From NCBI GenBank assembly GCA_965217585.1, contig OZ244561.1, forward strand, positions 192,001-256,000: DNA of 64,000 bases, read 5' to 3'. The notes below the pieces were generated by a model. The model saw nothing but the letters and a program-made list of their open reading frames with translations, was not told where the DNA came from and did no database searches. Below, piece after piece: positions 12,180 to 24,100 of this stretch. This stretch comes from Candidatus Latescibacterota bacterium. Lineage in GTDB: Bacteria; Latescibacterota; UBA2968; UBA8231. The translations under genes and the position numbers were made by a program. Numbering within the stretch: position 1 is the first letter of the stretch; each line of letters opens with the position of its first letter.

Positions 12180-15100
12180 TTGAGGTAGAGTAGGCGCTTA
12201 GTCTGCACCCCGCCCGGATAGTGCAGCCGCACCAGATACATCCCCGCCGACACCAACGCGCCGCGCCGATCGCGCGCATCCCAGCGAACCTGATAGAAGC
12301 CAGCGTCCTGGTATTGATCGACCAGCGTGCGCAGGGGTTGTCCGAGGAGGTTGTAAATCTCCAGCCGCACCGCGCCGGGCGTGGCCAAGCGGTAGGGGAT
12401 GAGGGTACGGCTGTTGAAGGGGTTGGGGAAATTGGGTGCCAAGCCGGACGACGCGGCCACCACCTTGGCCGCTGCGGCCGTCACGCTGATAGAGTTGGGT
12501 CGGTTGCCTACGCCGGCCGGGTTGATGGCCTTCACTCGATAGATGTGCCGCACCTCCGGCGTCGCATCCGTATCGGTGTAGCTCGTCGCCGTGCTGCCGG
12601 TGTCGGCCACGTAGATTAGCAGTTCGTCCTCGCCGAAGTAGGGTCGTCGCCGCAGGATTTGGTAGCCGGTGATCGTATCGTCGTCGGGCGCGTCCCAATT
12701 CAGGGTGATCGAGCCATCGCTGTTGGCGACGCCCATCAGGTTCTGCGGTGCCGGCGGCTCTTGGGGTTGGTCTTCTTCCGGCGGCTGGTCTTCTTCCGGC
12801 TGGTCTTCTTCCTCCGGCTGTTGGTCTTCCTCCGGCTGTTGGTCTTCTTCCGGCTGGTCTTCCTCCGGCTGTTGGTCTTCCTCCGGCGGCTGGTCTTCTT
12901 CCTCCGGCTGTTGGTCTTCCTCCGGCTGTTGGTCTTCTTCCGGCTGTTGGTCTTCTTCCGGCTGTTGGTCTTCTTCCGGCTGTTGGTCCTCCGGCTGTTG
13001 GTCCTCCGGCTGCTGTTGGTCCTCCGGCTGTTGTTCTTCTTCCGGCGGCTGGTCTTCCTCCGGCTGCTGTTGGTCCTCCGGCTGCTGGTCTTCTTCCGGC
13101 TGCTGCTGATCTTCCTCGTCTTGCTGGTCTTCTTCCTCCGGCTGTTGGTCTTCTTCCGGCTGTTGGTCCTCCGGCTGTTGTTCTTCCGACTGTTGGCCCT
13201 CTTCCGGCTGGTCTTCCTCCGGCTGTTGGTCCTCCGGCTGCTGTTGGTCCTCCGGCTGCTGGTCTTCTTCCGGCTGCTGGTCTTCCTCCGGCTGTTGGTC
13301 TTCTTCCGGCTGGTCTTCTTCTTCCGGCTGGTCTTCTTCTTCCGGCTGGTCTTCTTCTTCCGGCTGGTCTTCTTCTTCCGGCTGGTTTTCTTCCTCCGGC
13401 GGCTGGTCTTCTTCCGGCTGGTTTTCTTCCTCCGGCGGCTGGTCTTCCTCCGGCTGCTCTTCTTCCTCCGGCTGCTCTTCTTCCTCCGGCTGCTCTTCCT
13501 CCGGCTGCTCTTCCTCGTCTTGCTGGTCTTCTTCCGGCGGCTGGTCTTCTTCTTCCGGCGGCTGCTGATCTTCCTCGTCTTGCTGGTCTTCTTCTTCCGG
13601 CTGCTGGTCTTCTTCCGGCGGCTGCTGATCTTCCTCGTCTTGCTGGTCTTCTTCCTCCGGCTGTTGGTCCTCCGGCTGCTGTTGGTCCTCCGACTGTTGG
13701 TCTTCCTCCGGCTGTTGGTCTTCTTCCGGCTGGTCTTCTTCTTCCGGCTGTTGGTCTTCTTCCGGCTGGTTTTCTTCCTCCGGCTGGTTTTCTTCCGGCT
13801 GCTCTTCTTCCTCCGACTGCTGGTCTTCCTCCGGCGGCTGGTCTTCCTCCGGCGGCTGGTCTTCCTCCGGCTGCTCTTCCTCCGGCGGCTGCTCTTCCGG
13901 CTGGTCTTCTTCCTCCGGCTGCTCTTCCTCCGGCTGCTCTTCTTCCGGCGGCTGTTCTTCCGGCGGCTGGTCTTCCTCCGGCGGCTGCTCTTCCTCCGGC
14001 TGCTCTTCCTCCGGCTGGTCTTCCTCCGGCGGCTGTTCTTCTTCCACCTTGGTCGCTGCGGCCGTCACGTTGACATAGTTGGATCGGTTGCCCACGCCGG
14101 CCGGGTTGATGGCCTTCACCCGGTAGGCGTGCCGCACCTTCGGCGTCGCATCCGTATCGGTGTAGCTCGTCGCCGTGCTGCCGGTGTCGGCCACGTAGAT
14201 TAGCAGTTCGGCCTCGCCGAGGGTGGGGCGTCGCCGCAGGATTTGGTAACCGGTGATCGTATCGTCGTCGGGCGCGTCCCAACTCAGGGTGATCGAGCCG
14301 TCGCTGTTGGCGACGCCCGTCAGGTTCTGCGGTGCCGGCGGCGGCTCTGGCTGTTGTTCTTCTTCCTCTGGCTGTTGTTCTTCTTCCGGCTGTTGTTCTT
14401 CCTCCGGCTGTTGTTCTTCCGGCTGCTGGTCTTCTTCCGCCGTCGGCGGGGCATCCGGCCCGGAAGTAGCCAACGCCACCGCGCGCACCCCTCGGTAGTT
14501 CGACACGTCGCTGAGTGCGCGGCCCCGAATCGCCTTCACCCCGTAGATGTAGCGCACGCCCTCCTCGACGTCCGCGTCGGTGTAGGCGGTCGCCGAACTG
14601 CCGGTGTCCCCCACCAAGATCAGCAGGGTGTTCTCGCCTTCCTCCGGCCGCCGGCGCAGCACCCGATAGCCCGTCACTTCGTCAGACGCCGCCTTCGGCG
14701 CCTGCCAGCTCAGCACGATGCCCTCGCCAGTCGCCTTCGCCTCCAAATCACGCGGCGCACGCGCCGGGGTCAGATCCTCCGTCGAGGCGTCGCCGGCCTT
14801 GGTGATGCGGACCTGGCCGTTCTCCATCTTGTAGAGCGTCTGCCATCCGGCAAGATCGTAGTAGTCGTACTTACCCGGAGGCAGTTGGCCGATGACCTGA
14901 AACTGCAACGCGACCAAATTGGCGGCGCTCCCGGACATGCCATCGATGCCTTTGCACCGCGCGTCCGATTCGCCGTCCACCAACGCGTCCAGCGCACAGT
15001 TGAGCTCCAGGAGCCGGTCTTCAAGCTCCCCCAGCTCCACCGTGGGGGCGTCCGTCGAGCCGCTGCCCGAGTCCGACCACGAGCCGGTGCCCTCGTCGTT

Positions 15101-18100
15101 GGTCGCCCGCACCTGCACCTGATAGGACGTGTTCTCCGACAGACTCGACAGCGTCGCCGTGACGGCGGTGCCGGTGTGGTTGCCGTCGCTCCAGTCCCCG
15201 GTGGTGCCCGCCCGGTACTGCACGTCGTAGTCGTCGATAGCCGGACCGGCGTTGGCCGGTGCCGACCAACTCACCGTCAGACTCGTCACCGACGCCGCCG
15301 ACACCGTCGGCGCGGTCGGCTTGCCCGGCGCTTCGCCGCCCACGTCCGTCACCGTTACCGTGATCGTCTGCGTGGCGGTCTTCACCCGCGTGCCCGTGCC
15401 GCTGGTCGCCTGCACCGTCACCACGTAGGTGTTGTCGGTCCCCTGGTCCTCGGCGTCCTCGAAGTTCGGCGCATCGTCGAACGTCAGCGCCCCGGAGGTC
15501 GCGCCGATCGAGAAGAACGCCTGGTCCGCCCCGCCGGTGATCGCGTAGCCGGTGATGTCGTCGCCCGTGTCGCCGTCGGTCGCCAGCACCGTGCCGGCCG
15601 TGGTCTGGTTCTCCGCCGCGTCGAACGTCGCCGAAGAGCTGAACGTCGGCGCCGCGTTCGCGTCCGTCGTGCCGCTGCCCGAGTCCGACCACGAGCCGGT
15701 GCCCTCGTCGTTGGTGGCCCGCACCTGCACCTGGTAGGAGGTGTTCTCCGACAGACTCGACAGCGTCGCCGTGACGGCGGTGCCGACGTGGTTGCCGTCG
15801 CTCCAGTCCCCGGTGGTGCCCGCCCGGTACTGCACGTCGTAGTCGTCGATGGCCGGACCGGCGTTGGCCGGTGCCGACCAACTCACCGTCAGGCTCGTCA
15901 CCGAGGCCGCCGACACCGTCGGCGCGGTCGGCTTGCCCGGCGCTTCGCCGCCCACGTCGGTGACCGTTACCGTGATCGTCTGCGTGGCGGTCTTCACCCG
16001 CGTGCCCGTGCCGCTGGTCGCCTGCACCTCCACCACGTAGGTGTTGTTGGTGCCCTGGTCCTGCGCGTCCTCGAAGTTGGGCGCATCGTCGAACGTCAGC
16101 GCCCCCGACGTCGCCCCGATCGAGAAGAACGCCTGGTCTGCCCCGCCGGTGAGCGCGTAGCCGGTGATGTCGTCGCCCGTGTCGCCGTCGGTCGCCAGCA
16201 CCGTGCCGGCCGTGGTCTGGTTCTCCGCCGCGTCGAACGCCGCCGAAGAGGAGAACGACGGTGCCGCGTTGGCGTCCGTCGTGCCGCTGCCCGAGTCCGA
16301 CCACGAGCCGGTGCCCTCGTCGTTGGTGGCCCGCACCTGCACCTGATAGGACGTGTTCTCCGAAAGTCCCGACAGCGTCGCCGTGACGGCGGTGCCGGTG
16401 TGGCCGCCATCCGTCCAGCTCCCGCTGGTGCCTTCCCGGTACTGCACGTCGTAGTCGGTGATGGCCGGACCGGCGTTGTTCGGCGCGGTCCAGGTCACGG
16501 TCAGGCTCGTCACCGAGGCGGCCGACACCGTCGGCGCGGCCGGCTTGCCCGGCGCTTCGCCGGCCACGTCGGTGACCGTCACCGTGATCGTCTGCGTCGC
16601 CGTCTTTACCCGCGTGCCTGTGCCGCTGGTCGCCTGCACCGTCACCTCGTACTCGTTGTCGGTGTCCGCGTCCTTGGCGTCCTCGAAGTTGGGAGCCGCC
16701 TTGAACGTCAGCGCCCCGTCCGTCGCCCCGATCGAGAACAGCGCCTGGTCCGCGCCGCCGCTGATCGCGTAGCCCTCGATGTTGTCTTCCGAATCGCTGT
16801 CGGTCGCCAGCACCGTGCCCGCCGAGGTCTGGTTCTCCGCCGCGTCGAACGTCGCCGAAGAGGAGAACGACGGTGCCGCGTTGGCGTCCGTTGACGGAAA
16901 GACCTCCTTCGGCAGGCCCGACGCCGCCCGGGCGAAGCTGTAGCCATCGTGGCCGCTGGGCAAAGACGGCTGGTTGGTGAGGTCAATGTCCGCGGTCACC
17001 GCCGCCGTTGTCCCGGCCGTGCGGGTCACCGTCACAGGCGTGCCCTCCACCGAGCCCGTCGCGACGTCGAGCACCGTCGCGCCGCCATCGAGCGCGCCGT
17101 TCACCACCGTCACCGGGATATCGACCGCGAACGGTGCCCCCGTCAGCACCTCCGCCCGCACCTGATCGGACTCCACCTTCTCCAGCGTCACGGTCAGGGG
17201 CAGCGGGTCTTCGATGTTGCCTTGTAGCTGGAGCGAATCCAGCTGCGTCAGGCCGGTGAACGCGCCGGCGGGAAGCGAACTGAGTTCGTTGTCCCCCAGA
17301 GCGAGCAACCCCAGCGCCGTCAGGTCGGTGAACGCGCCGGCGGGAAGCGAACTGAGTTCGTTGGATTGCAGAAGGAGATGCCTCAGCTTCGTCATGCCGG
17401 TGAACGCGCCGGCAGGAAGCGAACTGAGTTCGTTGGATTGCAGAAAGAGTTGCCACAGCGCCGTCAGGTCGGTGAACACGCCGGCAGGAAGCGAACTGAG
17501 TTCGTTGTCGTTCAGATGGAGATACGCCAGCGCGGTCGTGCCGGTGAACGCGTCGGCGGGAAGCGAACTGAGTTCGTTGTTCTCCAGATAGAGATTCTTC
17601 AGCGCCGTCAGGCCGGAGAACGCGCCGGCGGGAAGTGAGCTGAGTTCGTTGTCGTTCAGATGGATCCGCTGCAGCTTCGTCAGGCCGGTGAACACGCCGG
17701 CGGGAAGCGAACTGAGTTCGTTGGATTGCAGACGGAGCGTATGCAGCGCGATCAGGCCGGTGAACACGCCGGCGGGAAGCGAGCCGAGTTCGTTGTTTTG
17801 CAGATGGATCCGCTGCAGCGCCGTCAGGCCGGTGAACACACCGTCGGGAAGCGAACTGAGCGCGTTGTCGTTCAGATAGAGATTCTTCAGCGCGGTCAGG
17901 TCAGAGAAGTCGTCCGACTGCAGGGACCTGATGCCCATATCCGGGATGTCGAGATGAGTCACGTCGGCCAGGTGCGCCGTCATCACGTCGGCGCAGTCCG
18001 ACACACCGTCGATTGCAGCCACGATCGCGTTCCGCACCTGCTCGGTGCGGCCGCAGATGCCGGACATCGGCGTCACCGGATCCGTTTCCACCGCTGTGCT

Positions 18101-21100
18101 ATTGCCCGCGTCGTTCACCGCGCGCAACTGGAACGTGTATTCCTCGTCGTTGGTCAGACCCGTCACCACGACCCAGGCCTCGTGGGCCCCGCCCGGCGCG
18201 CTGTCGTCGATCACCGTCCACGCGGCGGGGTAGTCGCCGGTGGTCTTGAACCGGTACTCGTGGTGCGTGATGTCCGCGCCCGCATCCGGCGCGTTCCAGG
18301 TGAGCGTCACCTGCTCGTTGTTGTGCGACGCCATGAAGCCATCCGGCGAATCCGGCGGCATGGTCGAGCCGCTGCCCGAGTCCGACCAGTCGCCGGTGCC
18401 CTCGTCGTTGGTCGCCCGCACCTGCACCTGATAGGACGTGTTCTCCGACAGACTCGACAGCGTCGCCGTGGTGGAGGTGCCGGTGTAGTTGCCATCACTC
18501 CACGTCCCGCCGGTGCCTTCCCGGTACTGCACGTCGTAGTCGGTGATGGCCGGACCCGCGTTGTCCGGTGCCGACCACGTCACCGTCAGGCTCGTCGCCG
18601 AGGCCGCTGACACGTTCGGCGCGGCCGGCGTGCCCGGCGCTTCGCCGGCCACGTCCGTCACCGTCACCGTGATCGTCTGCGTCGCCGTCTTTACCCGCGT
18701 GCCTGTGCCGCTGGTCGCCTGCACCGTCACCTCGTACTCGTTGTCGGTGTCCGCGTCCTTGGCGTCCTCGAAGTTCGGCGCATCGTCGAACGTCAGCACC
18801 CCGTCCGTCGCCCCGATTGAGAAGAACGCCTCATCCGCCCCGCCGGTGATCGCGTAGCCCTCGATGTTGTCCTCGGTGTCGCTGTCCCTCGCCAGCACCG
18901 TGCCCGCCGTGGTCTGGTTCTCCGCCGCGTCGAACTCCGCATCCGAGGTGAACTCCGGCGCCGCGTTCCCCTCGTCGGCGTCGTTGATCGTCACCGTCGC
19001 CTCGGACGGGGTTCCCGCCGACACCCCGTCGGGCAGCGTCCCGAAGGAGAGCTCGACGCTCTCGCCGTCGTCGTCCGCCGTGTCATCGGTCGCCGTCAGC
19101 GTGAAGCTCTGCTCCGTGTCGGTCGCCCCAAAGGTCACGTTCTCCGGCACCCCCGACCAGTCCGCCCCGGTCTCTCCCTGCGCCGTCGCGCCGCCCGCGG
19201 CCGCCGCCGTGACCGGCACCGTCACCTCGCGCCCCGGCGCGCCGGAGAGCCGCACCGTCACGTCCACCGTGCCGCCCTCGTCCACCGAGTAGGTTGCCGC
19301 CTCGAACGACACCGCCGCCGAGCGCGGCGTCGCGCTGTCCTCGTTCGAGGAGTCGCTGAAGATACCCGCCTCCCCACCGGCAGGCGGAATGGCCGTCCGC
19401 ACCTCGAAGGTATGCGCCTGCCCGCCGACCAGGCCCGTCACCGTGTAGCCGGTCAGGTTCGAACCATCCCCTCCCACGCTGCTGTGTTGCCCGCTGTTCG
19501 GAATGTCCGTCCAGTCCCCGTAGGCTCCGTCCGTCTTGTAGCGGTACTGGTGACGGGCGAACTGCAGGTGCAACGCATGCGTGTCCCAAGCCAGCGTGAC
19601 CTCGCCGACCCCCGCCCCAGGCGACGCCGTCAGGTTCGCCGGCGTCGGCAGTCCGGTGTCCGAATCGACCACGCTCACCAGGTCCGAGGCCGGGGTGCCC
19701 ACCGTGTAGCCCGTGCCCGGCTGCACCTCCACGGTGAGGTCGCCGAGCGCCTCACGGAGATCGTCGTTTTCCAGCGCCACCGCCAGCGCCGCCGTCGCAC
19801 TGCCCGCCGCGAAGGTCACCGTGCGCGTCGCTTCCGCCCCGTCCGGCAAAAGGTCGCGGTCCGCCTGCTGCGTCACCTCCACCGTCACCGCCAGCGTCCC
19901 TGCCGTCAGCCCGACGCGGGTGAGCGTGAAGCCGGCGGCGCCTTCATTCTCGTTGACCACGTCCTTGTCCCTCGCGATCGTCACCACCGGCAGGTCATCG
20001 TCGGTGATCGTGCCCGTCGCGGTCGGGTCCGCCGCCAGTTGCGCATTCGACGACACGCCCGACAGCGTCACCGTGAAGGTCTCGTTCTCCTCGTCCGTGG
20101 CGTCCTGCGCCGTCGGCACGTCGAACGTTCCCGTCAGCTCGCCCGCCTCGACCATCACCGGCCCCGTCGTCGTCGTCCCGAGATCGTCCGCCAGAACCGC
20201 GGTGTCGCCGCTCTCGATCGACGCCGTCCAGGTCGCCGTCACGTCCGCCGCGGCCACCTCCGACAGCGTTGCCGTGAAGGTCACGTTGCCGCCCTCGGTC
20301 CCCGCCGCATCCGCGACGCTCAGCGTCGGCAGGGTGGGCGTATCGCCGCCCACCGACAGGATGGTCGCCGGCAGGCCCGAGGTCGCCCTCGCGAAGGTGT
20401 AGCCGCCGTGGCCCGCGGCTAGGGATGGCTGCGTGGTCAGGTCGATGTCGACCGTCACCGCCTCCGTCGTCCCGGACGTGCGGGTCACGGTCACCGCCGT
20501 GCCCTCCACCGAGCCCACCGCCACGGCGAGCTTGGTCACGCCGCTCGGGAGCGAGCCGTTCACCACGGTCGGCGTGAAGTCCACCGCGAAGGGCGCCCCC
20601 GCCAGCACCTTCGCCCGCGCCTGGTCGGTCCCTACCTTCTCCACCGTCACCGTGAGCGGCAGCACATCGCCGGTGTTGGGGTTGTCTCTCAGAGTCAGGA
20701 CTTCCAGCGCCGTCAGACCGGAGAGCAGCTTGTCGGGGAGCGCGGTCAGATCGTTGCCTTGCAGGTAGAGTTGCTCCAGCGCCGTCAGGCCGGACAACAG
20801 CCCGGCCGGCAGCAGACCCAGATCGTTCCCGTCCAGAGAAAGGGTTTCCAGCGCCGTCAGGCCGGAAAACAGTCCGGCCGGCAGCGAACCCAGATCGTTC
20901 CCGCTCAGCAGGATAATGGTCAGCGCCGTCAGGCCCGAGAACACCCCGTCGGGGAGCGCGGTCAGATGGTTGCCTTGCAGGTAGAGTCGCTCCAGCGCCG
21001 TCATATCGGAGAACAGGTCGGCCGGTAGCGTGGTGAAATCGTTTCGGTCCAGTTCAAGGGTGGTCACATTCGTCAGACCTGCGCAGTCGCCCGACTTCAG

Positions 21101-24100
21101 CGGGCCGATATCCTCTCCGGCCCACGACATGTAGGTGAACGAGGCCAGGTCGGCGTCGTTCACCTCCGCGCAAGTCCGCACCAAGCCCTTATCCTCCGCA
21201 AGGTAGTAGATGATGAGTTCCTGCACGACCGCCGTGCGGCCGCAGATGCCCGCCGCGGCGTAGCCGTTGACGCGGATCTGCAAGGTGGCGGAGTCGGTGC
21301 TCCAGGTAGTGCCGCTCAGGGAGTGCCTGTCATCCGCGATGGCCCAATCGTCTTCCCCTACCGTGTCCTCGACATCCACGTTGGTGGCTGCCAGCAGAAA
21401 ATCGAAAGTGCTGCCGGCGCCGGTATCGGGCTCCCCGGACACGACGATGAAGTAGGGCGTCATCTCATCGAGGTGTGTCAGAACGTCGTCGTCCGGGGCC
21501 GTGAAGGTGTTGACTGCGCCGGCGGTGATCCCCGAGGGCGGATTGTCGAACGTGAAGATGCTCGACCCCGGACTTCCGGAGTCATCTGAGTACAGGCTGA
21601 CCGTGACCGTGACGTTCTCGTGGGCCCTTATCTTGAGGCCGATGCTGTCGAGCTGGTAGCCGTTCGCGTTGTTGCCGGTGGTGAACTGCACGGCGAATGT
21701 GTTGCGAGTGGCATTGGCCGAAGCATTGTTGCTGCTCATCTGCTCGGTATTGCTGACCAGGGTGGCCGCGTCGTCGTTGTTGATCGTGCCCTTCGCGGTC
21801 GCCTCCGCAATCGACGCGTTCGACGCGTTCGAGAGCGCCACCGTGAAGGTCTCGTTCTCCTCTTCGTCCTCGTCCTCGGTCGTCGCCACCGTGAACGTCT
21901 TCCGCATTTCCCCCGGCGTGTGGGACACGACATCACCGAATTCGTCGAACACCTCGACGCCCGCGGCCGCGAAGGTCAGCGTCCCCGAATCCGCCGTATA
22001 GTCGGTTCCCTCCTCGGCGTCGTCGCTCTCCGCGTCGAGCGTGGCGGCCTCCCAGTCCACCGTCACGTCGCGGCCGCTCACGGCCGACAGCGTCACCGTG
22101 AAGGTCAGGCCATCGCCTTCCGCCGCCGAGACATCCGCCACGCTCAGCGTCGGCAGGTCGTCGTTGTCGCTGATCGTGACGGTGGCAGTCAAGGAATGGA
22201 CCAGGACCCCGCCCTCGAGCGTCGCGTTTGTCGGAAACGACACGCTCAGTCCGAAGGTCTCCTCGTCCGCCTCGTCGAGCTCGTCGTCGGTCGTCGCCAG
22301 CGTCACAGTCTTCGATATCTCGCCCGGCTCGAAGGTCAACACATCTTCGTGGGTCGGGTAGTCCTTTCCCCTCGTCGCCGTATGGCCCAAGGACGCCTCC
22401 GTACCGCTGATTGCGAAGACTGTCACTCTCTTGCCGCTCGCTGGCGACAGCGTCAGCGTGAACGTCGCGCTTTCGCCCTCGGTCACCTCCGCGTCGACCG
22501 CCGTGACGCTCAGCACGGGCGGCTCGTCGTCGTCGTTGATCGTGCCCTTCGCGGTCGCCTCCGCAATCAGCGCGTTCTCCGACGCACCCGACAGCGTCAC
22601 CGTGAAGGTCTCGTTCTCCTCGTCCGTGGCGTCCTGCGCCGTCGGCACCGTGAACGTTCCCGTCGGCTCGCCAGCCTTGACGGTCAGCGTCCCCGTCGCC
22701 GACCCGAGATCGTCCGCCAGGACCGCGGTGTCGTCGCTCTGGATCGACGCCGTCCAGGTAGCGGTCACATCCTCCGCGGCCACTGGCGACAGCGTCACCG
22801 TGAAGGTCACGTTGCCGCCCTCGTCCCCCGCGGCATCATCCCCGATGCTCAGCGCCGGCGTGAGCTCGCCCTCGACGCGCAGGACGGCGGAGAGGCCGTA
22901 GAACGGACGCGGGCTGTTGCGCGAGGTATTGAACTGGCCGTTGATCGGGCCCCTGCCGCTTGAGCTGTCGTTCGGCCGCCCGACGCGCACGTTGCTCCTC
23001 CCCAGTTCGTTGCCGTTGAGCCCGGTCCCGTTATGGTTGCTGCCCGTGAAGGGCCGGTTGCCGGTGTTGGAGGAATCGAACGGGCGCGAGCTCCCGGACG
23101 CGTTCGTGGCGTTGACCTCGTCGTCCCAGGTGTCGTCGTAGAAGTCCTCGTACTGGTCGGCGAGTCTGTTGCCGCCGAGCCAGTAGATGGGGACGCCCTT
23201 GTCGTCGGTGGTGTAGGTGGTGGCGGTGTTGTCGCGCGCGTCGTCGTCGCGTGTGCTGCCGACCGCACGAAAGCCGGAGCTGTAGTCCTCGATGGCGGCG
23301 TGGCCGGCGGCGGCGGCTTCCTGGACGAAGGCGTTGTAGATGACGATGTCGGAGGGGGCGGCGGTGCGGGTGCCGGCGGAGACGAAGAGCAGGCGGAAGG
23401 AGTGGCCGGGGCCGAGGTCGGAGGGGATCAGGTCCCAGTCGTCGGCGACCTCCATCTCGGCGAGGTCGGCGGAGGCGCGGGCGACGTTGGAGGCACCGGA
23501 AGTGCCGGCGGCGTTGATGGCGAAGACGCGGTAGTAGCGGGTGGCACCCGGGGGGAGGTCGGTGTCGGAGTACTCGGTGGCGGTGCTGCCGGTGTCGTCC
23601 ACGAGCACGGGCCAGTTCGAGCCGCCGTCCAGAGTGTGCTCGATCTTGTAGCCGGTGACGGCTGTCCCGCCGTCGCCGACCGGCGCGTTCCAGGACAGGT
23701 CGATCTGCGTGCTCCCGTTGGCGGTGGCGGTCAGGAGCGTCGGGGGGCCGGGGGCGTCGACCTCGACGCGGAAGACCTCGGAGAGGCCGTAGAACGGACG
23801 ATTCTCGTCACGACTTCCCGTTGAATTGCTACCGAGCGGGCCCTGGACGGTCGAACTGTCGTTCAGGCGCCCTTCCCGCACGAGAGACTTGCCCAGCTCT
23901 TCACCGTCGTCCCCGATCCCGTTGTGCTTGCTGCCGGTGAAGGGCCGGTTGGCATGAACGGTGTTATCGTACGGGCGCGAGTTCCCGGACGCGTCCTTGG
24001 GGTTGACCTCGTCGTCCCAGTTGCCGTTGTAGAAGTCCTGGTATTGGTCGGCGAGCTTGTTACCTCCGAGCCAGTAGATGGGGACGCCCCTGTTGGAGGA

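Noticed and set aside
12760-14045. Possible CRISPR array or satellite
   Set aside because: No constant repeat with unique spacers; it is in-frame coding low complexity, and no cas genes are present
12198-14282. Long alternative-frame and antisense ORFs (694, 514, 441 aa) over the acidic repeat
   Set aside because: Shadows of the stop-poor low-complexity repeat within the 4079-aa gene
17215-17960. 72-bp periodic repeats resembling a repeat-spacer array
   Set aside because: They encode 24-aa LRR units in frame
14243-23824. Long plus-strand ORFs (883, 447, 336, 316 aa) opposite the giant gene
   Set aside because: Antisense shadows of high-GC coding sequence; Arg/Gly-rich with no motifs
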